Part shown: piece after piece, positions 48,488 through 61,757 of the stretch
Layout of the letters: every line of letters begins with the position of its first letter
Numbering within the stretch: the first letter of the stretch is position 1
Source of the DNA: Eledone cirrhosa
Lineage: Eukaryota
Assembly: GCA_964016885.1 (NCBI GenBank)
Contig: OZ024765.1
Span: 19,344,001 to 19,408,000 of the forward strand
Direction: 5' to 3'
Length of the DNA stretch: 64,000 bases
Made by a program: the position numbers and the translations under genes
The notes under the pieces: generated by a model
The model's input: the letters and a program-made list of their open reading frames with translations, nothing else
Database searches by the model: none
Told to the model about the DNA's origin: nothing

Positions 48488-49352
48488 ATATATATTTATA
48501 GGTATATATCTATATAATTTATACACACTCACACACATATATATATTTATAGGTATATATCTATATAATATATATATACACATACACACACACACATATA
48601 TATATATATTTAGAAGTATATATCTATATAATATATACACATACACACACACATATATATATTTATAGGTATATATCTACATAATATATACACATACACA
48701 CACACATATATATGTATATTTATAGGTATATATCTACATAATATATACACACACACACACATATATATTTATAGGTATATATACACATACACACACACAT
48801 ATATTTATAGGTAAATATCTACATAATATATACACATACACACACACATATATATATATTTATAGGTCTATATCTATATAATATATATACACACACACAC
48901 ATATATATTTATAGGTATATATCTATATAATATATACACACACACACATATATATATATTTATAGGTATATATCTATATAATATATACACATACACACAT
49001 GTATATATTTATAGGTATATATCTATATAATATATACACACACATATTTATAGGTATATATCTATATAATATATACACACACAGATATATATTTATAGGT
49101 ATATATCTATATAATATATACACATACACACACATGTATATATTTATAGGTATATATCTATATAATATATACACATACACACATATATATATATATTTAT
49201 AAGTATATATCTATATAATATATACACACACACACACATATTTATAGGTAAATATCTATATAATATATACACACACACATATATATTTATAGGTAAATAT
49301 CTATATAATATATACACACACATATATTTATAGGTATATATCTATATAATAT

Positions 49353-49389
<37 letters not shown>

Positions 49390-50497
49390 GGTAAATATCT
49401 ATATAATATATACACACACATATTTATAGGTATATATCTATATAATATAAACACACACACACACACACACATATATATTTATAGGTATATATCTATATAA
49501 TATATACACACGTACACACACACATATATATATATATATTTATAGGTATATATCTATATAATATATACACACACACACACACACATATATTTATAGATAT
49601 ATATTTATATAATATATACACACACACACACACACATATATTTATAGGTATATATCTATATAATATATACACATACACACACATATATATATATATATAT
49701 TTATAGGTATATATCTATATAATATATACACATACACACACACATATATATATATATTTATAGGTATATATCTATATAATATATACACACACACAGATAT
49801 TTATAGGTATATATCTATATAATATATACACACATACACACACACACATATATATTTATAGGTATATATCTATATAATATAAACACACACACACACACAC
49901 ACACACATATTTATAGGTATATATCTATATTATATATACACACATACACACACACATATTTATAGGTATATATCTATATAACATATACACACATATATAT
50001 TTATAGGTATATATCTATATAATATATACACACACACACACACATATTTATAGGTATATATCTATATAACACACACACACACATATATATTTATAGGTAT
50101 ATATCTATATAATATAAACACACACACACACACACACACATATTTATAGGTATATATCTATATAATATATACACACATACACACACACATATTTATAGGT
50201 ATATATCTATATAATATATACACACATATATATTTATAGGTATATATCTATATAATATATACACACACACACATATTTATAGGTATATATCTATATAACA
50301 CACACACACACATATATATTTATAGGTATATATCTATATAATATATACACACACATATATATATATTTATAGGTATATATCTATATAATATATACACACA
50401 TACATATATATATATTTATTTATAGGTATATATCTATATAATATATACACATACACACACACACATATATTTATAGGTATATATCTATATAATATAT

Positions 50498-50529
<32 letters not shown>

Positions 50530-50710
50530 TTATAGGTATATATCTATATAATATATACACACACATATTTATAGGTATATATCTATATAATATAAACACA
50601 CACACACATATATATCTATATAATATATACACACATACACACACACACCACATATATATATATATATTTATAGGTATATATCTATATAATATACACACAT
50701 ACACACACAA
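48488..50710. repeat. Minisatellite TTTATAGGTATATATCTATATAATATATAC(AC)n
   Basis: Constant ~30-bp core alternating with (CA)n/(TA)n. Confidence 0.93.
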
Positions 50711-50867
50711 ACAAGTATGTATCTTCAATGTCCTCTTCGTTCACCTGTACAGCTTGTTGCTGAGAGATGGCTGCTGATCTTATTCCTATCTGAAGGAGGT
50801 GGTGTCTTCTTTAGAAATGGCTGCCTTTAATACACAACATCCATCTTTGCTCTCTGCATCTTGTCTT

Positions 50868-51569
50868 CATCATCATCATCATCATCATCATTTCATTTTA
50901 CGTCTGCTTTTTCCCTGCTTGCAAGGGTGGGACGCGAACTGATTCTGGCTTGATTTCTATAGCTGGATGCCCTTCCGAACACCAACCTCATTTACAGTGA
51001 GTGCTGGGTGCTTTTTTCCGTGGCGCCTACACGACCACTTTACAGTGTGGGCTGGGTGCTTTTTTTACTGTGGCGTCTACACGACCACTTTACAGTGTGG
51101 GCTGGGTGCTTTTTTTACTGTGGCGCCTACACGACCACTTTACAGTGTGGGCTGGGTGCTTTTTTTACTGTGGCGCCTACACGACCACTTTACAGTGTGG
51201 GCTGGGTGCTTTTTTTACTGTGGCGTCTACACATTCACTTTACAGTGTGGGCTGGGTGCTTTTTTTACTGTGGCGTCTACACATTCACTTTACAGTGTGG
51301 GCTGGGTGCTTTTTTTACTGTGGCGTCTACACATTCACTTTACAGTGTGGGCTGGGTGCTTTTTTTACTGTGGCACCTCCACGACCACTTTGCAGTGGAA
51401 TGATAGGGACCCCAGTCCCTATCATCTCATTTCTACAGCTGAGTAAACTGGAGCAATGTGAAATAAAGTGTCTTGCTCAAGGAAACAACACATCACCCGA
51501 TCTGAGAATTGAACTCACAACCTTTCGATTGCAAGGCCAATGCTCTAACCACTAAGCCATGTGCCTCCA
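50868..51569 (-). mobile_element. Composite SINE with an internal 50-bp module amplified ~7-8 times
   Basis: Same head and tail as 45516-45856; TACAGTGTGGGCTGGGTGCT... recurs every 50 bp from 51041 to 51341. Confidence 0.88.
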
Positions 51570-52171
51570 CATTTAAAAAAACGTCTGCTTTACTATTATT
51601 ATTGGAGTTATTTCCCAGTTTCTCTTCTCTCTCCTCTCTGTCTGTGTGTATATATATATATATGTGTGTATATTGATGATCTATTTAATTGATTTCCACG
51701 TGCTATTGAAATGGTGGGTAAATGTTCTATGGCTGTTGACCGCAAATAAATGGCTATCGTTTATTTATCTATTATTTCTTCACAGGTGCCTGGTTTAATT
51801 AGTTTTTTGTGTGGTTGATTATGCTAATTGGGAGAGGAAATTGACTGACAGGATGGTATACGGTGCTGATGACAGTTAATAAGCTAGAAACTAGTTCATC
51901 GTTCCTTTGTCAGTGTTGAACAAAAGGGCAACAATGGTTGCCGAACACTGTACGGCTAATAATTTGGGCTGTTTACAAACAAACCGAGCATTATAATAAA
52001 TGTTCGGTAAACCCATACGTACATATATATATATGTGTGCATGTATGTATGTATATACATACTACTGTATGTCTATATACATATATGTATGTACGTATAC
52101 ATACTTATATATAACTTGAACCGTTAAGGTATATTATCCTTGGCTATGTGAAATATTTATAAAACATTTTG

Positions 52172-52233
52172 TATTTTATCTGATGATAGCGTACCAAAAT
52201 TTTTGGTACCCTTGAAATATATATAATAGAATA
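52172..52233 (+). ncRNA. Type I minimal hammerhead ribozyme motif, divergent paralog of 46009-46074
   Basis: TATTTTAT-CTGATGA-TAGCGTACCA-AAATTTT-TGGTACCCTT-GAAA-TATATAT-A-ATAGAATA; stem II sequence differs but pairing is retained. Confidence 0.62.
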
Positions 52234-52299
52234 AATATGGTTTTATAAATATAGTTTCCATTTATTTAATATTAATTGTATATATATATATACATAGTC

Positions 52300-52691
52300 G
52301 CATTGATAGACACATTTTTCAAATGCAGGAGGGCGCTATAGAAGTGGTGGATAGCTTCCGGTACCTAGGAGATCAGATTAGCATGGGAGGAGGGTGTTCC
52401 GAGGCCATAGTATCTAGAATAAGGACGGGTTGGAAGAAGTTTAGGGAGCTGCTTCCTCTGTTGACGAAGAAGGGTTTCTCCCTGCGTACGAAAGGCCGGT
52501 TGTATGATGCCTGTGTGAGGAGCACGATGCTGCATGGTAGTGAGACATGGGCAGCAACTGCAGAGGATATGCGACGGCTGTAGAGAAATGAGGCAAGCAT
52601 GCTCCGTTGGATGTGCAGTGTAAATGTGCGTGAACGACCCAGCATAAATGTGTTGAGAGAGAAACTGTTTCTGAGAGGGATAGAATGTAGT
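52300..52691 (+). mobile_element. RTE family B RT C-terminal fragment
   Basis: IEVVDSFRYLG...GWKKFRELLPLL...KGRLYDACVRSTMLHGSETW. Confidence 0.85.
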
Positions 52692-53547
52692 TTAAACCAG
52701 CCATAACTGGCCAGTATTTTCTCAGCTCTTTCTGTTTAAACCAGCCATATCTGGCCAGTATTTTCTCAGCTCTTTCTGTTTAAACCAGCCATAACTGGCC
52801 AGTATTTTCTCAGCTCTTTCTGTTTAAACCAGCCAAATCTGGCCAGTATTTTCTCAGCTCTTTCTGTTTAAACCGGCCATTACTGGCCAGTATTTTCTCA
52901 GCTCTTTCTGTTTAAACCAGCCATAACTGGCCAGTATTTTCTCAGCTCTTTCTATTTAAACCAGCCATATCTGGCCAGTATTTTCTCAGCTCTTTCTGTT
53001 TAAACCAGCCATAACTGGCCAGTATTTTCTCAGCTCTTTCTGTTTAAACCAGCCATAACTGGCCAGTATTTTCTCAGCTCTTTCTGTTTAAACCAGCCAT
53101 ATCTGGCCAGTATTTTCTCAGCTCTTTCTGTTTAAACCGGCCATAACTGGCCAGTATTTTCTCAGCTTTTTCTGTTTAAACCGGCCATAACTGGCCAGTA
53201 TTTTCTCAGCTTTTTCTGTTTAAACCAGCCATAACTAGCCAGTATTTTCTCAGCTCTTTCTGTTTAAACCAGCCATATCTGGCCAGTATTTTCTCAGCTC
53301 TTTCTGTTTAAACCAGCCATAACTGGCCAGTATTTTCTCAGCTCTTTCTGTTTAAACCAGCCATATCTGGCCAGTATTTTCTCAGCTCTTTCTGTTTAAA
53401 CCAGCCATAACTAGCTGCTCATACTTTCATTAAGGTATTGTTCTCAAAATAATGTCATAATCTCATAGATTCAATATTATATGAGATAAAATGTTTACTG
53501 TAAAAATACAATAGCATATATAGAGTAATGTAAATGTTAAAGGGTTA
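52691..53547 (-). mobile_element. TTAA-CCCTT-ended DNA element with a 44-bp subterminal unit amplified ~16 times
   Basis: 44-bp TTTAAACCAGCCATAACTGGCCAGTATTTTCTCAGCTCTTTCTG array, followed by sequence homologous (reverse) to 14780-15030, ending TAAAGGGTTA. Confidence 0.75.
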
Positions 53548-53764
53548 TATATATGTGTGTATGTATGTATATATAATGGAAAATCATGCGTTGCGGAGTT
53601 TTGTGAGGAATGTTCAACTGTAGTCGCAATGATGATATACATATATTTCCAGAGCTTAACTGACGGGGCTGTCTCTCTTTCTCTTGATTTTTCATTTGTT
53701 GTCCCCTAGATGTTCCGGGAAAATTGATAGTTGAAGTGTCAGTGATAGGCACATTTTTCTATAG

Positions 53765-53950
53765 GATCTATAGAGGTGGTTGATAGCTTCCGATACCTAG
53801 GTGATCAGATTAGCAAGGGAGGATGGTGCTCTGAGGCCATAGTATCTAGAATAAGGACAGGTTGGAAGAAGTTTAGGGAGCTGCTTCCTCTGTTGACTAT
53901 GAAGGGTTTCTCCCTACGAACAAAGGGTCGGTTATATGATGCATGTGGGA
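53765..53950 (+). mobile_element. RTE family B fragment
   Basis: VVDSFRYLG...KGRLYDAC. Confidence 0.8.
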
Positions 53951-54076
53951 GATTTTTAAATACAAAAAAGTACTATGACTGCATTATATTAAAAATTATA
54001 GTTGTAGTCTAAAGTTTCACAACGATCTATCTACCAGTAAAATTCTAGACATTTGAATTAATAAACCACATAAAAG

Positions 54077-55212
54077 AGCACCCAGCCCACCCCGTAAGGA
54101 GGTCATGTTGGTGGCATGTCAAAAACCACCCAGCCCACTCCATAAGGAGGTCATGTTGGTGGCATGTCAAAAACCACCCAGCCCACCCCGTAAGGAGGTC
54201 ATGTTGGTGACATGTCAAAAACCACCCAGCCCACCCCGTAAGGAGGTCATGTTGGTGGCATGTCAAAAACCACCCAGCCCACCCCGTAGGGAGGTCATGT
54301 TGGTGACATGTCAAAAACCACCCACCCCACCCCGTAGGGAGGTCATGTTGGTGACATGTCAAAAACCACCCAGCCCACCCAGTAGGGAGGTCATGTTGGT
54401 GACATGTCAAAAACCACCCAGCCCACCCCGTAAGGAGGTCATGTTGGTGGCATGTCAAAAACCACCCAGCCCACCCCGTAAGGAGGTCATGTTGGTGGCA
54501 TGTCAAAAACCACCCAGCCCACCCCGTAAGGAGGTCATGTTGGTGACATGTCAAAAACCACCCAGCCCACCCCGTAAGGAGGTCATGTTGGTGGCATGTC
54601 AAAAACCACCCAGCCCACCCCGTAGGGAGGTCATGTTGGTGACATGTCAAAAACCACCCAGCCCACTCCCTAAGGAGGTCATGTTGGTGACATGTCAAAA
54701 ACCACCCAGCCCACCCCGTAGGGAGGTCATGTTGGTGACATGTCAAAAACCACCCAGCCCACCCCGTAAGGAGGTCATGTTGGTGACACGTCAAAAACCA
54801 CCCAGCCCAACCCGCAAGGAGGTCATGTTGGTGACATGTCAAAAACCACCCAGCCCACTCCCTAAGGAGGTCATGTTGGTGACACGTCAAAAACCACCCA
54901 GCCCACTCCGTAGAGAGGTCATGTTGGTGACATGTCAAAAACCCCACTCTGAATATGGTTATGTTGGTGATACAACAAAAAGTGCCCAGTCCTCAATGTA
55001 AAGTGGTTGTGTTGGTGTTACTATAAAAAGCATCCAGTCAATGCTGTAGACGTAGTTGGCATTAGGAAGGGCATCCATCCATAGAAACCAAGCCAGAAAC
55101 AGATCTGTGTAAGCAAGACACAGTCATTTGATCGGACTTGTCTTACAACAGGACAACTAATCTAATCCTTGATAACGTGGAAAAATGGATGCCAAACGAT
55201 GATGATCATCAT
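54077..55212 (+). mobile_element. RTE-UTR/SINE-derived element with a 48-bp module amplified ~18 times
   Basis: Unit CCCAGCCCACCCCGTAAGGAGGTCATGTTGGTG(G/A)CATGTCAAAAACCA, followed by the GGCATTAGGAAGGGCATCC tail and (GAT)n. Confidence 0.8.
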
Positions 55213-55768
55213 CATCATCATTTTACGTCCGTTTTTCCCTGCTTGCAAGGGTGAGACGGGTCCTATTCAGCACAGCATCTCTCCACTTGTCACGGTCCTT
55301 CGTCATCTCCACCGTGAGCCTCAGCGATCTGAGGTCTGTTCTCACCACCTCCGCCCATGTTTTTCGTGGTCTACCTCTACCACGTCTTCCTTCAACTGGC
55401 ATTTCCTGGCACTTCTTCACCCATCGGTCATCCTCCATGCGCATCACATGTCCATACCACCTCAGTCTCCTCTCCCGTACACTACATTCTATCCCTCTCA
55501 GATACAGTTTCTCTCTCAACACATTCATGCTGGGTCGTTCACGCACATTTACACTGCACATCCAACGGAGCATGCTTGCCTCATATCTCCAGCCATCGCA
55601 TATCCTCTGCAGTTGCTGCCCATGTCTCACTACCATGCAGCATCGCGCTCCTCACACAGGCATCATATAATCGGCCTTTCGTATGCAGGGAGAAACCCTT
55701 CTTCATCAGCAGAGGAAGCAGCTCCCTAAACTTCTTCCAACCCGTCCTTATTCTAGATACTATGGCCT
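55206..55768 (-). mobile_element. RTE family B 3' end
   Basis: [12 protein letters not shown]...GRGRPRKTW...TRLTLASREKRT* directly followed by (ATG)n. Confidence 0.88.
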
Positions 55769-56290
55769 ATGATGATGATGATAAAACCTCATTAGCAAGA
55801 CATTCTTGAATAGTACAAAACAGCACCAAGACTGCATCGCATTAAAATTGAAATCTTTAATATACCAAAAATGTTCACAACCTGTCCATTAAAAGACACT
55901 ATAATCATTCGCATTAACAAACCTGTTTTTAGTTATTTTCTGCTAAATCATTACAGGATGTTAAGAGTTAAACATACCCAGACAAGGCTGTCTAGTAACT
56001 ACAAAAATAACATTTTTCTTACCATATTTCTAATGACACTGCCATTGATTTTTAAATCATTTAAAAAATAACCAAGAATTTGGAAGAATTTAGTAATATA
56101 ACTTTCTCATGACTAAGCTGGTGTTTGGAACATAACAAAAGTTCTTACATAAAATTATGATGGTTTTTAGATAAATATAAACACTTTAACCCTTTTATTA
56201 CCATATTTCTAATGAAAGACACTGGTTTTTAAATCATTCTGAAAATAATCAAGAATTTAGAGGAATTTAGTAATACAACTAAATTTCTCA

Positions 56291-56757
56291 TTAACCCTTT
56301 AACATTTATATTCCTCTATATTTACTTTTTATATTTTCTTGGAAAACACTTTATTTCACATAATTATCTCACATAATATCGAATATTTACTGTTATATTT
56401 TCTTGGAAAACACTTTATTTCACATAGTTATCACGCATAATATCGAATATTTATTGTTATATTTTCTTGGAAAACACTTTATTTCACATAATTATCTCAC
56501 ATAATATCGAATATTTACTGGTATATTTTCTTGGAAAACACTTTATTTCACATAATTATCTCACATAATATCGAATATTTACTGTTATATTTTCTTGGAA
56601 AACACTTTATTTCACATAATTATCTCACATAATATCGAATCTAAGAGATTTTGATATTATTTATTTTGAGAACAAAACCTTAACATCAGTATGAGCAGCC
56701 GGTTGCAACCAGTTATGGCCAGTTTGAACAGAAAGAGCTGAGAGAATTCTGGCCGAA
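56291..56757 (+). mobile_element. TTAACCCTTT-starting DNA element with a 64-bp internal unit amplified ~5 times
   Basis: GGAAAACACT recurs at 56341, 56405, 56469 and onward; downstream part matches 14905-15025. Confidence 0.75.
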
Positions 56758-57253
56758 TACGTGTATATACACACATACATATATATGTGTGTATATACAC
56801 ACATATATATATATATATATATGTGTGTGTATATATATGTGTATATACACACACATATATATATATATATGTGTGTATATATGTGTGTATATACACACAT
56901 ACATCCACACATGCATATTCCACTCAACCAAGAAATTCAAAACACACACACACACACACACACGTGCACACACACACACACACACACATGCACGCACATA
57001 ACAACAACACACTTAAGTCTACCTGACCCACTCCTTGTAACTATTGTTGTTGTTGCTACTAATTAGCAACAGGTAAGCAGACCTTGCTAGCCCATGTGTG
57101 TATGTATGTGTATGTGTGAGTGTGTATGTGGGTGTGTGACATTATTTTCAGGTGAGTCACACCTGAGATATGAATATTTTTACATATTCCAAGGTAGAAA
57201 CATAAACTCACTAAAATACTCAGGTACATACCATGATGATGATGATGATGATA

Positions 57254-57257
<4 letters not shown>

Positions 57258-57307
<50 letters not shown>

Positions 57308-58645
57308 TGTGTGTGTGTTTCTATCTATCTATGTATTTATGTATGTATGTACGTGTGTATATATGTACGTGTGTATGTATGCACGTATGTATCTATGTAC
57401 GTATGTATCTATGTACGTATGTATCTATGTACGTGTGTATCTATGTACGTACGTATGTATGTATGTACGTACGTGTGTATCTATGTACGTATGTATCTAT
57501 GTACGTATGTATCTATGTATGTATGTATCTACGTATGTATGTATCTACGTATGCATGTATGTATCTACGTATGCATGTATGTATCTACGTATGTATGTAT
57601 GTATCTACGTATGCATGTATGTATCTACGTATGCATGTATGTATCTACGTATGTATGTATCTACGTATGCATGTATGTATGTATCTACGTATGCATGTAT
57701 GTATCTACGTATGCATGTATGTATCTACGTATGTATGTATCTACGTATGCATGTATGTATCTACGTATGTATGTATCTACGTATGCATGTATGTATGTAT
57801 CTACGTATGCATGTATGTATCTACGTATGCATGTATGTATCTATGCATGTATGTATCTACGTATGCATGTATGTATGTATCTACGTATGCATGTATGTAT
57901 CTACGTATGTATGTATGTATCTACGTATGCATGTATGTATCTACGTATGCATGTATGTATCTACGTATGTATGTATCTACGTATGCATGTATGTATGTAT
58001 CTACGTATGCATGTATGTATCTATGCATGTATGTATCTACGTATTTATGTATGTATCTACGTATGTATGTATGTATCTATGTATGCATGTATGTATCTAT
58101 GAATGCATGTATGTATCTACGTATGCATGTATGTATCTACGTATGTATGTATCTATGTATGTATGTATGTATGTATCTACGTATGCATGTATGTATCTAC
58201 GTATGTATGTATCTATGTATGTATGTATGTATGTATCTACGTATGCATGTATGTATCTACGTATGCATGTATCTATGTATGCATGTATGTATCTACATAT
58301 GCATGTATGTATCTACGTATGTATGTATGTATCTATGTATGTATGTATGTATCTATGTATGTATGTATGTATGTATGTACGTATGCATGTATGTATCTAC
58401 GTATGCATGTATGTATCTACGTATGTATGTATCTACATATGCATGTATGTATCTACGTATGCATGTATGTATCTACGTATGCATGTATGTATCTACGTAT
58501 GCATGTATGTATCTACGTATGTATGTATGTATCTACGTATGCATGTATGTATCTACGTATGTATGTATGTATCTACGTATGTATGTATTTACGTATGCAT
58601 GTATTTATCTACGTATGTATGTATGTATGTATGTATGTATGTATG
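57258..58645. repeat. (TG)n then (ATGT)n-derived minisatellite ATGTATGTATCTACGTATGC
   Basis: Direct inspection. Confidence 0.93.
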
Positions 58646-58859
58646 TTCTTCTGGTTTTATAATTTCACAAAGTTTTCCCCAATAGAGAGGGAGTCAGTTT
58701 CTAACATAGACACAAGACTCTCTCATTGGAATTTACACAACATCAACTAGGTAGATATGTATGTATGGATGTTATTGTATGTGTGGATGTGGATGTTTTG
58801 AGTTGCATGTGTATGTGTGCATGTGTATATGCTTTGTATCTGTACATGTGTATATGCAG

Positions 58860-59700
58860 TTATTAGATGCAAAATTGTTGGAATGTTTTACATATTTTTA
58901 CTGTTCCATTAATGGGTTGTAATTGTAATTTCCTAACTAGTTGTGTTCTTTCTGTTCCTGTGAAGCCTAGCTTCTCAAGATTTGTAGTTACTAACATACC
59001 CCAGTGCCCCAATAGTCACAGTATAAATCTGAAGGTGTAATTAGGGTGGAGTATCTGCAGATTTCTCATCAGTTTTGCATAAATATTCTCCTTTTCGCTA
59101 ATCTTTGATATTATATTGGCATCTGCTGGGCAGCTAATTTCCACTACTGTGCATGCCTTCTTCTCCCTGTCCTATATCATATCCGGTCTGTTATGTCTGC
59201 ATTTTATTGGGGTTTTTACTGGAACATTCCACCAGTACTCTTTCATATTATGTACATGGATGTCTTCCACATTGCTGTAGCTTTTAATGTGTTTATTATC
59301 GGGGCTATCTTTTTTACGAACTGCATTGTACAGTGCTTTGGCCACTACATCATGCCTCATAGGTAGATAGTACCGCGATGACATCTTTGGACAGCTGCTG
59401 ATGACATGGGTGATATCCTCGATGTTAGTTCTGCAGAGTCTGCACTTGTTATCACATCTAGGTGTTTTGCCTGCATCTCTATCTCTTTTGTGAATCAGGT
59501 ATTTTGTGTTAATCTCCTGTTCTTGGATTACAAAAGCGTATCCTTCAAAGTGGGAGCCAATATAGCGGTTGTTGGTCCAAGATAGACTACTTTATTTATC
59601 TATATTACTCTCACTCTGGAGCTTCCTGGCAACATATCCATGCATGATTTTTTGCTGATAGGCATGCAGTTTTTCATCCATGGATTCACTGCGATACTGC
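58860..59700 (-). mobile_element. R4/Dong-like retrotransposon fragment (CCHC zinc knuckle plus RLE)
   Basis: Minus strand reads MHGY...EGYAFVIQEQEINTK...CRLCRTNIEDITHVISSC...RHDVVAK...HNRPDMI; contains stops and frameshifts. Confidence 0.85.
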
Positions 59701-60871
59701 TGTGCGACTTCCCTGGGTGTGAGTTTTTTGTATGTATTTATGTATGTATGTATCTATGTATCTATCTATGTATGTATGTATGTATCTATGTATGTGTGTG
59801 TATGTATGTGTGTATATGTATCTATGTATGTATATATATATATGTGTATGTATGTGTGTATCTATGTATGAGTGAAAGTATGCATGCATGTATGCATGTG
59901 TGTATGTGTGTATCTATTTATGTCAGGTCACCAGTTGGTGCTACTGGTAACATGTATCCCAGTACAACCTGTCCCATGGTCGGGTCATTGGCGACTAAAC
60001 TGGCAACCCCACCAAGGTTTCTTGGTGAGGAGGGTGACTTTGGACATCCTGCAAGACTAAAAACAAAACCTGTCAAAGGGCAAAAGAGCTCTTAAGAGTC
60101 AATGGCCATCCAAAATCACCGAAATAGATGACCCCTTAGCCTTTGTCAAGGCAGAATTCTAGGAGAAGGAAAACTCTGATATAACACCTGCAACCTTGAT
60201 GGTATCCAATGATGTTGACCTGTTCTTCTTTTTGGTAAATATCATCTTGGTTAAGAGAGTGGGACTGGCTTTGTGCAGTGCCTTTGCTCACTATAAAAGC
60301 TTCACGGCACAGGCATTGCTTTATATCTGGAGATCTCTCTGCACTTGTCGTCACATGGTACCATGGGCCCAGCACTGTGTGTCAATAATTGTCACAGGTG
60401 TAGTGTTTGTACCAGAGTTTTCAAGTCGCTGGCTGGACTAAGAACTCACACTCGTTCAGCGCATCGGTAGGGGTTCTCCTACATGGATATAAAGTAGTGG
60501 CCGTACTCGAAAACGAGTTGGCAGCCACCATGTCTATATGTATGCATGTATGTATTATGTGTTTGTGTATGTATTTGTGCATGTATGTTTATATGATTGT
60601 ATGTGTGTTTGTATGTATATCTGTGTATGCATGCATGCATCAAACATATCAAACATGTTTGATATGTTTGATTTTGTATCATTCAAGACACCCTTTACTT
60701 TGAATGTAATAATATGTCTGCTCCTTATTTGGTGAGCTGTTTAATAGGTCGAGAGGTTGGACAGCTATTTCTAGCGGACGAGACCCCTTCATGTATTGAT
60801 ACCATGTGTGTTTAGCCACTTTCAACTCTGTACTGAGTGAGATTAGATGATTTTAAAATTCCCTCACTGAT

Positions 60872-61490
60872 GTGGTTAGAGCATTGGCCTTGCAATCGAA
60901 AGGTTGTGAGTTCAATTCTCAGACCGGGTGATGTGTTGTTTCCTTGAGCAAGAGACTTTATTTCACATTGCTCCAGTTTACTCAGCTGCAGAAATGAGAT
61001 GATTAGACTGGGGTCCCTATCATTCCACTGCAAATTGGTCGTGGAGGTGCCACGGCAAAAAAGCACCCAGCCCACACTGTAAAGTGGTCGTGGAGGTGCC
61101 ATGGCAAAAAAGCACCTAGCCCACACTGTAAAGTGGACGTGGAGGTGCCATGGCAAAAAAGCACCTAGCCCACACTGTAAAGTGGACGTGGAGGTGCCAT
61201 GGCAAAAAAGCACCTAGCCCACACTGTAAAGTGGACGTGGAGGTGCCATGGCAAAAAAGCACCTAGCCCACACTGTAAAGTGGACGTGGAGGTGCCATGG
61301 CAAAAAAGCACCTAGCCCACACTGTATAGTGGACGTGCCACGGCAAAAAAACACCCAGCACTCACTGTAAATGAGGTTGGTGTTAGGAAGGGCATCCAGC
61401 TGTAGAAATCAAGCCAGAATCAGTTCCCGTCCCACCCTTGCAAGCAGGGAAAAGCGGACGTAAAATGATGATGATGATGATGATGATGAT
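60872..61490 (+). mobile_element. Composite SINE with an internal 49-bp module amplified ~6-7 times
   Basis: Same head and tail as 45516-45856; CCACACTGTAAAGTGGACGTGGAGGTGCCATGGCAAAAAAGCACCTAGC in tandem. Confidence 0.88.
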
Positions 61491-61757
61491 CCATTTCAAA
61501 ATAACTAATTTCACCGTTATTTGGTGAAATATATTCTGATTTTGTGGAGAATACATAGGAGGGAAATATATTGATCATTATCAGGTATTTTGTTTTAATT
61601 TTTTATTAAATTTAATAAGATACTCAACGAATTATGTAATCTTACATTCAGTCCAGATTGTCTCTAGTCTTAAGCTTTGATATATCTTAATACACATTTA
61701 TGTGTGTATCGATATATTTCATTCACTTTCTTATATACACTTTATTATATACCTTTA

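Noticed and set aside
50725-50870. Candidate upstream LATS exon (minus-strand CAG|GTGAAC donor)
   Set aside because: No convincing acceptor, stops in the extended frames, and no LATS N-terminal motif.
54045-55001. 300-aa repeat proteins on both strands
   Set aside because: A 48-bp (3n) tandem unit derived from a retroelement UTR module.
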